A stretch of 56,273 nucleotides of DNA, counting the filler, from Platydemus manokwari (taxonomy: Eukaryota): the NCBI GenBank assembly GCA_037951405.1. It is 5 parts of 5 records of this genome, joined end to end, with 100 filler letters (N's around TTAATTAATTAA, not from the genome) between each part and the next. Parts side by side here need not be neighbours in the genome. Positions count along the whole stretch, not along the records: positions 36,477 to 45,202 come from JBBMOY011359427.1; positions 45,303 to 56,273 come from JBBMOY011008858.1; 3 more parts are not named here. One strand, 5' to 3'. Every line of letters begins with the position of its first letter. The first letter of the stretch is position 1. The notes under the pieces were generated by a model, which was not told the origin of the DNA, made no database searches, and saw only the letters and a list, made by a program, of their open reading frames with translations. Position numbers and translations under genes: made by a program. Shown piece by piece: positions 36,477 to 48,930 of this stretch.

Positions 36477-39400
36477 GTTGTTTTAAATAAATTTATGTAC
36501 AACAAATTTTTATTTCCAATTTTGTCCTCGAACTTTATTTACAACCTAATATTATTTTCAGCAACATGATTAGCAAAATTTTATATTTTTATTATGCGCC
36601 CAGAGCAATCTTGATAACTATGTGGTTGATCTAAATTTGTTAAAGATTGACGGGTTTTTATATAATAATAATAAGTTCAAATTGTAAATGCACAATTTTT
36701 AAAAAGATATTGATTAATGTCTTAATATCAGAAAGAATTTTTAACACTAATAATTTCCCAAAATATGGTTACCCTAAATCTCCAACTTAACTGGACTCCA
36801 AACAGATAAGAGGTTGTTGTTGTGAGAATGTTCGGGTGATTATATTATTTAAAATATAAATGATAATATAATAAAATTCAATAAACAGCAGTAAAATAAG
36901 ACAAAATAAAATATATTGATAACACAATAATTTTAAATAACTTAAGGCGGCGACCGTTATTGTAGGAGGAAGGAGTTGTGCGTCAAGAAAACAGTAAAGG
37001 GGAACCACTTATGTGATAGGGTAAGCTTCTCGTGACAAAAAATTGAAAGTGGGGAACTTTTTAAGTGAGAACCTATATGATTTTAAAAGACCTCAAGACT
37101 AATAATAGCCGTGGGTCGAAAAACCATTAAAAATTTACTCGTAGATTGCATCATACAAATAAAAATATCTTCAGTTAGAAATTGGCATACAGTGAGTAGC
37201 TGCGAAATTGAGCTGATAACGTTCGTTTCAAGTAAAAATTAGCTTCTTATAAAAATTAGCCTAATAACGTATATGTGAATAGTCGAAATTGTGCGAGTGT
37301 TGTCTGTTTATGCCAGTATATATACTGTTCGGTGTTTTATTGTGAATCATGCATCTTGTTGATATTTTTGGTAACATTCAATTCTTGGCAGCATAGGTTA
37401 CTATTTAAGCCTATGTATCTATTTATGGCAACAAGTGTGGTTATTTTAGTTTTACTTTATATTAATTTATTCTTATTTTTTATTTAATTTGGTTGGCTTA
37501 AAATAGCCTGGTTAGCTCCCCACAAATTTACTAAGTTCCACTTATTATCTTCCACCTTCTTTTCAATCACAGGGATGCCTCACCACCTAGTTTGGGACAC
37601 TTGACTGTTCTCCTGGAGGGTCTATCCGTCAACAATAGAAATAGTACTTTTAGTGTATTATAAAATTCGATTTATATTGTTAATAAATTGATTCTATTTT
37701 AGTATTTTATTCGATAATTTATTATTATTCATATTTTTCAGGATAGCTATTTATATTTAAATTATTATTTGTAATATAAAAGAGTGATCGAACACTTCTT
37801 ACGTATCTGAAACGAGCATATTCTGTTGGGAACAAAATTGCAACCTATTATTATATTTATAACTTCAATTTAATTAATAAGTGATATTCGTTGAGATCAT
37901 ATAACACCAGAATTTCGATTTAATTTCGTTTGTTAAATATATCTTCATAAAACCCCAACAGATACATAAGTCGCAGTACATCATTGGACTTACATATAAC
38001 ATCAATTAAACATTGAATTATATATAATAAACAAAAATCAAGAATATTACAAAAAAATAAAGTCTGATAAAACTCTGAATCAAACAGAGAGTAGAAAATT
38101 GCTTCAAAATCACAAATAAATAAATATAAAAAACAATTAAAATATTTGAATTAAAATTCAAGTTCTAAAAGTGAAATAATTATAAAAATTTATTTGAAAT
38201 TTTAAAAAACCAAAAATTGTTTAAATGCAACATATACTTTTTGTTTGACTAAATTTAATGACAAGAAAAATCAGTTCTATAAATAGTAACTACGTAATTA
38301 CTAAAAATAAAATACTCGAGTTTAGCAAAATCAAGGTCACCAGAACATGAATTGTTCAGTAAAGAACACTGTTTTAATTCCTACGAATTAAATAATTGTC
38401 ATTGACTTAAATTTCAAATTAATTAGGACAATAATGATTAATATTTAAATTAGAACCCACTTCTAATTTTAGAACCATGTGTTTCATTTCAATAGATAAG
38501 TGACTTGTCTTTAAAAAATGAATAAAAACAAAACATTGATTCCAAAAACGAGTTTTCAACCAAACCAAGATAGTACAACAAGTTTTGACTAAAGTGCTGT
38601 GGTTTTGGCCCTCAGAAAAAATAAAATAAACAATTAAGTACTTTCAGTGACTTATGTTAAATATTTAATGATAAATCCTTAAAATTGAAGATTTAAAAAT
38701 AAGTGTGTAGTTAAACTAATATTTATTTTATTTTACTTTTAATTAATTTTAAATTTATCACAATTTCCAAAACACATCTGATAGTTAAATAACTTTACAA
38801 TTATTAAAAATATTTTAAAAATATGAATTGTAATTCAATTTTATATTAAGATTAAATGAACTTATCTTTGAGCAGTGTTTATTCATTTTTTGCTTATCTG
38901 GTTACCTAGGTACGATAAGAGATTTTCAATATAATAAATTAAATTGTAAAAAAAAATAATTTCAAAAATCATAACTTTTACTAATTTCAAAATTTTTGAA
39001 AAAACTGAATATTTTTCCAACACAGTTTTCAATGAAAATGTGACTGGAATATTTTGTAAAGATAAAAAACTGTATATTAACAAATCTGAAAAGTTCGTTG
39101 TGTACTTTAATTGCTTTAAATAAATCACATGGAGTGTTAGAATATGCCGTAATTATATTTATAGAATTGATTACATATTCTTAACAGACCATTAAGTAAT
39201 TTTTAGAAGAGCCAGATGATTATATAACAGAACTTTTCATTAAATGTTTGGTCTAAATAATCTAAATAAGACAAATTGCAAAGATTCAAGAAATTAATCC
39301 CGCTTTATAAGATATTATAGAACTTTTGTAATTTTAGAATCTAAACTATAACGTCATTTTGTCTTTACCTTATTTCTCCTATAAACCAGAGGAATCAGGA

Positions 39401-40617
39401 GCCTATGTTAGAAAATAAGATATCACAAATAATTTTGTAATTTGAGTATATTTCTGGTTTAAAATGTCAGGAACTAACAACCACCAAAGAAACCGTTTAA
39501 GAGGAAACATGTCATTGGAAACATAAACCTCATGATCTTGACGAATTGAATTTCGGTAAATTAAACCACATAAAATGATGAGTAGGACGTAAGAATGAAT
39601 ACCATAAATTTGAAATTAAACTCCAGAAAATTAAGGAAGAACTTAATTCTAAAAATTATTGGATTAACCTTAATAATAATTCCGATCCTGTTATTTCAAC
39701 ATTTCAACAGTTTACTGACAGCGGCCCTTATCAAGAACGGCATTGGCGTTTCATTTTAATTTTTTAATTTTTAAAAATAACTGGATTTGGCATTTTACCT
39801 TCATAGTGCCATTGCATTTTTTGGGCTTTGTTCGGATTCTATTTTTGTCTGGTTCTGATTGTATTTGATTGGTTGAGTATGGGCAGAACATAATTGGTAT
39901 TTGAGGCATATCATGCTTCTAATAATTTGATTTTCTTGGTTATTGATTTGGATTTCTTAATAATATTCTCCATTTATTTTAAAATATTTTATTGATTAAT
40001 TTTCATAAGTGTTTCGGTTTATTTATTTTCTATATCATCGTTTGAATTCTATGAATTTCATAACATACTTATCATGTTTGTAGTTATTTACAGATCTTTG
40101 ATAATAATTGAAGCTCTTTTAGAAATATTATAATTTGCTTTTAAACAATATGTTTTTAATGATAAAAAAATTTCGAAAAACTTCTCAATGACTGATTATA
40201 ATGAATTTCAAAATTGAAATGAGGTAACAGCCACTGGCAATTATGATTTGGAAGTTATGGAAAAATAATGTAATTTTTTTTGAACTACATTTGGTATTGG
40301 TTGATTGAAGAAAAGACTTATGAGTATCAAGATGCGAACCAATTAAAGAGGATAGGTTTGGTGTGTTAAAGATTGTATAGGTTGTTAAAATAGAATGTTG
40401 ATTGAGTTCAAATTAAAAATATACAATTTGTAAAAATTATGGATTAACACTTATATCAGAAGGATTTTATAATAATATTGCACGATAATCTTCAACTTAT
40501 CTGGGCTTTATAGATAAGGTTGTTGCTGCTTACTGTCAATCGGTATTAAAATAATAAATAATATTTAAAATGTAAGCAATGAAAACAAATAATTCAACAC
40601 AATAATATAGTATATAT

Positions 40618-41078
40618 TGTTGAGTGAGATGAAATTCTGCAAAAAGAAAAACGAAATTACACCTTGGAAACCTTGAACACTTTGAACATTTACATGCCTA
40701 CATGACCATACAGGCAAGCTAGTCGGCCAATCACAGTGAAGCTAGATAGTAAATTACAATCGGTAAAAAGGGCATAACTACACAAAACACACATCTAGGG
40801 ATTGACTAATCCCACTCATGTAAAAACTTAAAAACCCAATAAGAACACAGAAAGACAAACACCTAATCAAATTGTAGTACATCATGACACAGGGAGATAA
40901 ACACAGATCGCGAGTATAAAAAGCAATGTAAAGATAGACAACTGCCAGTTGGAAGCCAGATTTGATGAAATCATTGTTCTTGTATTGGTTATTGAGGTTT
41001 TCGTCAGTGTTGTAGTTGTATATTGACTAATATACATTATCTGGAGTCAGAAGTTTGTTATTCATTAATACCCCAACA
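40618..41078 (+). mobile_element. Solo LTR (Gypsy-like), 461 bp
   Basis: TGTTG...CAACA termini, 4-bp TSD ATAT on both sides, internal TATAAAAA at ~40915. Confidence 0.72.
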
Positions 41079-43340
41079 ATATTATAAAATACTAAAGGCA
41101 AATATAAATTCTAATATGATAAGCAAAAGAACTCTCTAGAATAAAGTATAGGGCGTACCGCTTAGGTGGCCGGACAAGTCTCTCTTAAAAAATATAGTGA
41201 GAAACTAGAAGTTGTGCTTATACAATTATAGAAGACTTCAAGGCTAAAACAAATAACAATTTAATCATGGTTATCTGCTGGAAAAATTGCAATAATGATA
41301 AGATTCTTCTTGAGATAATTTACTGATTAATCAAATTAATTGTGCATCCAGTTTGGAGTAATTCTTCTACCGATATCGCAATTGGATAAAATAAAATAAA
41401 ACGTTCAAAATTATGTCGATAAAAATTGTGCTTTTCAATATTTTGCGATTGCTTCCAATCTATCTACCTTTAAGAGTGCTTTGTGTGTATGATCAGGCAA
41501 ATTGCCTACATTTGTTACTATTCTTAGTAACGTTTACACATCAGTGCTAAATGTAGTAATAACCCACAATTTCTTTCTAAATTGGAGTGATCTATTTTTA
41601 GGACTGAAGTAGTTACTAAAAATAGTTTCTGATGATGATTTTAAAACACTTAAACAAATATAATTTCTTAATATAATTAAACACCATTTAATTTGTGATT
41701 TTTTATTTTAATTTTTTAGCTAATTGCCATTTTATAATTTAAGTCTTACTTTGAAAAAAATACTGATATTTATGATTATTTAAACACGTGGTTGGGTTGA
41801 AATGGTCCGAATGGTTCCCCACAGGTATTCTAATGACGTAATCTATTAATTTAGATTTTATATTATAATATAATTTTTTTTCTAATCGCCCTAACTCTAA
41901 TGAAACACATAAATACGATGCATAAACTTCATTATTTCATATCTTCTCTGAAATCTGGCTTTTCTTTCAAGTGGATGGTCTCTACATTTAGCTGAATTCA
42001 ATTTTATTAGCTAATGATTCTAGCAAATTATATGAGAAGAATTATGAATCAGCACAGATTGTCCAACATAACTCCCAAATTCTTTCATAATTAAAAAAAT
42101 GATACAATAAAGTAAAATTAAATCATTTTGATGGATTTTACATGATAATGTTCTCCTTTTATTATATAATAATACCATAAGTAATATCGATGAAAATAGT
42201 AAAGTAAAGATATATCTTTGAAAATTACATTAATATTATGCCTTTTAGTAGGGGTAAGGTGCAGGAGAATCCTAATTGGTTAAAAGAAAATTTAAATAAT
42301 TCCAGACAAAAACTGAAAAATAATCTAGAACTTATATTACAGCTACGTCATAAAGTAGAATGCAATGTGATGAGTGCCTATTTTCTTGTATGGGTTAGGT
42401 AGGCCATAAAAATATTCAAAATATTCACGGTAACCATGAAAATAAACCTCAAACGATCGATACACAAAAACATAGTGCCAACAGCAAATTAGATTTTTCC
42501 AACATGTAATTTCCAACACCAAAACTGGCAACAAACAATATCCAATAAAATTTGCTAACAAAAACCGACGTGTGAACGAATGAAAAGTGAAGCCTTGGGA
42601 CATCAGGTGAATACACATGATAAGCCTATAAAAATAATTGGTTTTCATGAGCATCTTTCAGTCTTTTCGGTTGGAAACTTTTATTTTGTGTTACTTTTAC
42701 TTGATTTTTTGACAATTATTTGTTTTCTTTGTCGATGTTTAACTTTCGTGTGGTTATCCCGTCTTGTATTGATTATTTATTGATTATTGAATGTGATTTT
42801 GGCAGTGGTTATTGACGATTTGGTTTTGTAAACTAACGTGATCTTCAATTATAAATTTAGTGATTTTGATCAATTAATATTGTGACATATTGAATCAAGA
42901 ACTGTTAAAATAGACCATTAATAAAAATAAAATAAACAGATTTTCAGTAGAATTTAAAGGCACACCGTACTTGGAAATTAGAACCGAAATTGTATTTCAA
43001 GGAAACTCTCACAAAATTGTTTAAAAACTCTAAACTAAATAGGAGATCCAGACATTTTGGCAATATATTAGGGGTGACACATATTCGAAATTATACTGTC
43101 AGCTATGTAGCACATTATATAACACTAAATCATAACATCAGAATAAAAAGAAAATATAAAAATCATTCAATTATATTAAAAAGGTTATGTTTGAAGAGCC
43201 AGTCGATTAAGTGTAGTAAAAGTAAACTTTTAAGTCAACTTATGTTTTTAATTATGCTAGAAATCAGTTTACCCTAGTGCATTAAAAGACAACTTATCTC
43301 GAAATAGTCAGTTCCAGTAAATCATGACAACATACAGAGT

Positions 43341-43599
43341 TGTTAAAGAAACGAAATAAACACTCAATCAGAGGAAGTACAACCATTGGGAGGCCAATTT
43401 TTATTGCGTTTTATTGCGACATTGTATTGAATTTTCAGTCGTATTGAGTACGACGGGTAGCGGCTGTAAATCAAGTTTAATTGTATCTTTCTGTTATTTG
43501 GTGAGTCGTACTGATTAGCGGGGGAGTTAGAAATAAAGCTTGCAGCCTATGATTTTCGGAGTCAGCAATTATTTGGTTATTCAGAATTTAATCCCAACA
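43341..43599 (+). mobile_element. LTR-like relic related to 40618-41078
   Basis: TGTT...CCCAACA with AATAAA. The 3' end (GGAGTCAG..GTTATTCA..CCCAACA) resembles the end of the 40618-41078 LTR. No TSD. Confidence 0.45.
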
Positions 43600-45202
43600 A
43601 CATTGACATATTATAAATTTCTCACACTCAATTCAAAGCCTATTATTTCTACAAGAGAAAGTCTTGAAAAACCATCAGTGTATGAATAAGGCAGATAGAT
43701 TTATCATCGAAACGGCTCAGAAGGAAAAAAGGAAATCAATCGAACAAAATGAAGAAGCTGCTAATAATCATCGATTGAGAACAAGTGAAAGATTTAATTA
43801 AGATAGTATGTAACAACTGGGTATATATCAACAATTCGTCATCAGATTAACAATTTGATATATATGTTGGGGTTTTGAGAAATGTGACTAATACCAATAA
43901 CATTTTGTGTAATTATGGTGACAATATTTTGTGTATAATAGTAATAGTATAATGTAACAATAATTTTAATGTCATGTTAAAAGCCTACATTCCTGGAAAC
44001 ATTATATATTATGACGTAATGATTTATTACGGTATTTATTTAAAATAAAATATATTTTATATATAAACTGATTAATATAATGGCAACAAATATAATGTTG
44101 GAAAAATTTAAAGAGACTTCATACATTAAATATGAAGTATTATTCTAAAAATTGTATCAAAATATTTTATTCGGGGAGATTAAATAGCGTCAACACAAAA
44201 AAATATAAATAGGAGTTGAAATCATCACAACTCGCCCTTATTGTGATATCACTAGGAAGAATACGTGAAGTCCAATTTAACATTAAGAAGAATACGTGAA
44301 GCTAAGGATACATATTCGCCATAGAAACCTTACATTATATGCCATTCAATTTTTGTTCAAAGCCATTATATTGATTGTGTTCCCGTTCCGACGATAAGTG
44401 AGTTAGATTAATACTGTAGACTGATAATCAATATTATATATCGTATATCGTTGCATCATCAAACTTTAGAGCTTTGTCTCACAAAAACTCTTGCGGGTAA
44501 AGGTTCGGCTTTTCGAGTTGAAGTTTGCAACCGTTCTTATTTTCCAAAAATTGTAGGTGTCATCGTCTAGGTTTATTTTTATCGTTGTATAATGTAGTTT
44601 TAACCAAACAATTTGTGTATAATTTTGTATTTGCTGTGTATTTGGTAATTAATAAACATCACTGTATCAATTGTTTGTTGAGTTGTTGATTAGATAGGAT
44701 ATAGAAATAAGACATTAACATTTTAGGCTGATTGTAATAAACTTTGAGACCGATAGCTATAAAATATAGCATTTGGATCATTGCTGCCTATCATAGTATC
44801 TCCATATAGTATTGATAGCGAGGTAAAGACAGAAAATTATCAGAAAAGGTTTCACAGAGTGTACCTTAAGGGGCTGATCAGAGCTCACAGAGACTGGTCA
44901 AGACGGTATTGATCCACAATAAATTATTGAGTATAGAGACTGATAATAAAATTAACCAAGAAACCCCAAAACACGTAATATACTTATCTTTTAATTTTTT
45001 TATATCTTTAATCTGTCTATAATTAACATTGGACCCTTTGATGTGCTTTTGTATCTCTATTATCATATCTTTGTATTAATGTCACCGTACATCGATTTTG
45101 TAATTTTGTATGATTAGTACGAATTATCAGATATTATTTTATTTATTTATAAAAAATGGTTTAGATATTAATTGGCATTAAATTAAAGATGAATATCATT
45201 AT

Positions 45203-45302
45203 NNNNNNNNNNNNNNNNNNNNNNNNNNNNNNNNNNNNNNNNNNNNTTAATTAATTAANNNNNNNNNNNNNNNNNNNNNNNNNNNNNNNNNNNNNNNNNN
45301 NN
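45203..45302. other. Artificial scaffold gap linker
   Basis: N44-TTAATTAATTAA-N44. Confidence 0.98.
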
Positions 45303-45539
45303 ATATGAGAAATACCAGTTAAATTTGTTATTTTTGTAGTAATTTATAAAAATATTTACTGAACTCTATGTTAGTTCTGGTTAGAGCGAGAATTCTTTTA
45401 TAACATCAAATCAATTTTATATATTATTGAGATTCCAATCTTGTATTCTAGATCTCAATGAAAGCTCTACTACAATATTATTTATTAAAAAAACATCATT
45501 CTGGAATAATTTAAGATAAACATTTTAATTCAGAAATTC

Positions 45540-46934
45540 ATGGTTATTTGCAATCTAATAATCTCAATTCCTCTGTCAATTATCTACATTTTCATTACAA
45601 TATTAGCAATTTTGGGAAACGTGTTCTTATTTAGTGTAATTTTACGTTCTAAGAAATTTCATAGGAAATCTTATTCCCATTATCTTATTCTGTTGACTAT
45701 AACAGATAATTTGTCGATCCTATTCCTTTTATTGGGATTCATTGAAAGATTATTTCGTAAAACCAACAATGATAATGATTTGTTTTCGAAAAACAATGTT
45801 TCGTGTAAAATCGAACAATTCGCTATGTATTCTTGTTTCTTCATATCAGCTTGTGCTACTGTTTGCTTAACAACCGAACGGTTTCTGATTCTATACTGGC
45901 CTGTCAGAGGACGATTGTTGTGTCGGGGAAAACAATTGGCTATTATAATCGTTGGTATTGTAATTTTCAGTTGCGCCGTGCAATCTTTTCGATTGATTTT
46001 CACAGAAAATAATTCAAATCGATGTGTATTTCATTTGAAAACAACCAAAGATAATTTTCTAATAAGTGGATATACAACGGGATTATTTGTTTATGTTATT
46101 CCTGGATTGGTGATTTTGATTCTTAATATTCTCATTTTAATTGAACTCGTACATTCTGACTACAAAACCAAATGTCAAAAATGTTTCAAAAATAAATCGA
46201 AAAATCGGAAATTCTCAATGAATCTTTGTAAATCATTCAAATGGGGCCGTTCTAATTTATCAACAGCTCGAAGACTATTGGAGGAAAATGAAAGCAGTGT
46301 TCCCAGCGATAGAAGTAACTTGACCTTTAATGACAGCGTTATTTGCTCAAAATGCCGTTATCTAAAACAGGACTCGGCCAAATATTATCTTAGAGTCAAA
46401 AGGCGGGCATCAATCATTTTGTTAATGATTTCGTTTAGCTATCTAATCTGTCATTCCTGGAATACTGGATTATCATTGTATTACATTCTCCACGTTCATT
46501 TCTATTTTCCTATGTTTCAGAATTTGACAGTCAACTCGACATATGCTTTGGAGATTATGAATCGGACATTGATTCAAATCCATCGAACTATCTGCCTCTA
46601 CAATGACGTTGCTGATTTATTCAGCATTATTGGGTATGGTGTAAATTTCTACATTTATTATATATTCGGTAATATATTTCGAATCGAATTTGCTCGAATG
46701 TGTCAAAATATAAATCAAAAACTGCGATGCGCTTTTTGTATTGGAAGGGTGAGAAATAATCCGATACCTACTTTTAAGAAACCGTGTGTTAATAATCACA
46801 CTCTATATAAAGTTCAGAGTGGTAATCATTTATATGTCTATCCGATTTCGGAGCGTTATATTCATTCTCATTACGAAGAGAAAAAACAACTCCATTTTAA
46901 AAATTCCTATCAGTCAGTTTGGTCATGCCCTTGA
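45540..46934 (+). CDS. Class A orphan peptide-type GPCR, 464 aa (N-terminus may extend via an upstream exon)
   Basis: LGN (TM1), LTITD (TM2), CK..ERF (TM3), ECL2 Cys, VIPG..ILN (TM5), long third intracellular loop, VNFYIY (TM7), FR.EF helix 8. A phase-0 CAG acceptor ends at 45533. Confidence 0.92.
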   Translation: MVICNLIISIPLSIIYIFITILAILGNVFLFSVILRSKKFHRKSYSHYLILLTITDNLSILFLLLGFIERLFRKTNNDNDLFSKNNVSCKIEQFAMYSCFFISACATVCLTTERFLILYWPVRGRLLCRGKQLAIIIVGIVIFSCAVQSFRLIFTENNSNRCVFHLKTTKDNFLISGYTTGLFVYVIPGLVILILNILILIELVHSDYKTKCQKCFKNKSKNRKFSMNLCKSFKWGRSNLSTARRLLEENESSVPSDRSNLTFNDSVICSKCRYLKQDSAKYYLRVKRRASIILLMISFSYLICHSWNTGLSLYYILHVHFYFPMFQNLTVNSTYALEIMNRTLIQIHRTICLYNDVADLFSIIGYGVNFYIYYIFGNIFRIEFARMCQNINQKLRCAFCIGRVRNNPIPTFKKPCVNNHTLYKVQSGNHLYVYPISERYIHSHYEEKKQLHFKNSYQSVWSCP

Positions 46935-47599
46935 AATATTCCGAATATCAAATTTTGAAGTTTATATAATTGAAATTTTGATTATATTTTGTAATTAAAG
47001 AATCGTTTTTTATAACTTAAAACATATTTTTATCAATTGGTGTTTTGTAAATAATAATTTTGTGAAAATATCAATTGTATTCAAGTTGTTATACTTAATG
47101 AAAATGAGTGATATCAACAGCGTTCAATCAGATACACTAATTAAATCTACTGGTACATTTTAATCTTTATGACATCTTGAATCGCATGTTTTCTTGAATA
47201 AAGACTATTCGCACTGCCAGTTCTAATGACGAGAATGATGTTATCTAAAACCTATTAAACTCCAATTACTCAGTATTACCGTACATTAAAAAAAAGTTTG
47301 TTTGGTATTTAGGTCTATTTTATTTACAAATGGGTATAAGACGAATACATAGATTGTTTAAGGAATATTTTAAGAAATCCTTTATAAAGATAAAGCAATT
47401 CATATGAATCCAATATAAATTCATGAAGTCCATATCTTTCATAGACATTTGCATTAGATTATAGGGTTATTATACAAATATATTATTGGTTTGGTGCATA
47501 ATTTGCGTGGTTTTTTATAATTATGAAAAATGCATACTGTTCAAGAAAAAAAACCACGAAAAAAATTACTGATAACCAAATGAATTTATGAAATCATTA

Positions 47600-48430
47600 G
47601 AAAAAACAAATATCTCAGTCTCAATCGATCATTTCCTTCCACTGTTCTGGCAGTTTGTTAATCCCACGATACAATAAGCTTGGTGAAATTTGATCGAAAA
47701 ATTCTTCAATCAACGTTGTTATTGCTCTTCGTTTTCAAATGTGAGGCCAGAAAGATGGCTCGACATGGAACGAAAAAGAAGAAAGTCTGCTGGAGCTAAG
47801 TCGGGCAAATATGGAAGATGAGGAAGAACTTTCCAACCAAAATATTCAATAGCCAACTTTGACACTGTGGCGATATGCCGTCGAGCATTGTCATGGTGTA
47901 AAATTATTTATTATTGGTCCTCTTCTCGTTGTTCACAATAAAGTTAGGCATTGATTGTTTGGTTTCCTGGCAGGATTTCGTAATGGATAACACCAATTTG
48001 GTCCCACCAAACGCATAACAAGATTTTGCGTAGGTAAGCTAAGGGTTTCGCACGTGGTTGTGGTTGCTTTTGAGAATTTACCCAAGCTTTTTGTGTTTCA
48101 AATTTACATGCAGGTAGCATTTCTCATCACATTTTACGATCTTGGAAAGGAAAAATTGATATTGCTGTACAGCAGATTGATGTCGAACGAGTAAAGATGC
48201 AGAAATCGAAACATGTTGATTTTTGAGACCTTCTTTGAGAAGCCGAGGTACCCATTATCCAATCTTTTGTATTTTTCCAATTTTCTTGAGATGTCGAGAA
48301 ATAGTGGTGTGATCACAATCCATGGCTTGTCCAAGCGCTAGTGTCAATTGACACGGATCATCATGAATCAATTGGTTCAAACAGTATTCATCAAAGTCAC
48401 TAAGTCGACCTGACCGAAGTCATCGTTTAT
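47600..48430 (-). mobile_element. Degenerate mariner transposase (pseudogene)
   Basis: Minus-strand motifs in the correct order with stops/frameshifts: RSGR (~48410), WVPRLL (48237-48254), IVKCDEK (~48125-48140), KILLCVWWDQIGVI (~47990-48028), ILHHDNARRH (~47875-47903), LPHLPYLPDLAPADF (~47782-47826), RGINKLPEQW (~47640-47670). Confidence 0.92.
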
Positions 48431-48614
48431 GTGCTGTTCATTCACTGACTGCCTTGCTGGTGCTTTCTGCAGCATTTAAATGTTGATTAAAATAGAAAAG
48501 AGTAGATGCCGGAAATATTAATTTTTATCATCCTGGAACTTTATTTTAATGAGGGCAATGAAAATAAAAGTTAGTCTAAAACGATTTAAATATATAATTC
48601 AGCTGATATTTAAT

Positions 48615-48930
48615 ATGCTAGAACTTTAAAAATTTAATTATTTGATAAACGGTCGAAGTAGGTCGAATTACTATTTATCAAAAATCAGCGATAACCCCTT
48701 TTTAGCATTAGAAACAAATTGAGAGATATTCTAAATTTTTACATATATTTGATAAAAACGAGTTATATTTAATTATCAAACAAATCAAGTGGTTTGTAAT
48801 TCGATTTATTTTTATAAAAATATAAATTAAAAAAAATCATATAGAAGTGTTATAATTAGAAAATAAAGTTGGATTTGTAATTATGTTTTGTCCCTATTCG
48901 ACATCCTGAAAGTGAGATATAAGCTGAAAA
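48615..48930 (+). mobile_element. Internal partial copy of the 3863-4454 MITE family
   Basis: GTAGGTCGAAT, CATTAGAA.CAAATTGAGAGATATTCT, ATCATATAG and TATGTTTTGTC are shared with 4050-4330. Confidence 0.75.

Noticed and set aside
44378-44720. TGTT..AACA bounded LTR-like segment (also ~37770-38001)
   Set aside because: No TSD and no second copy in the window.
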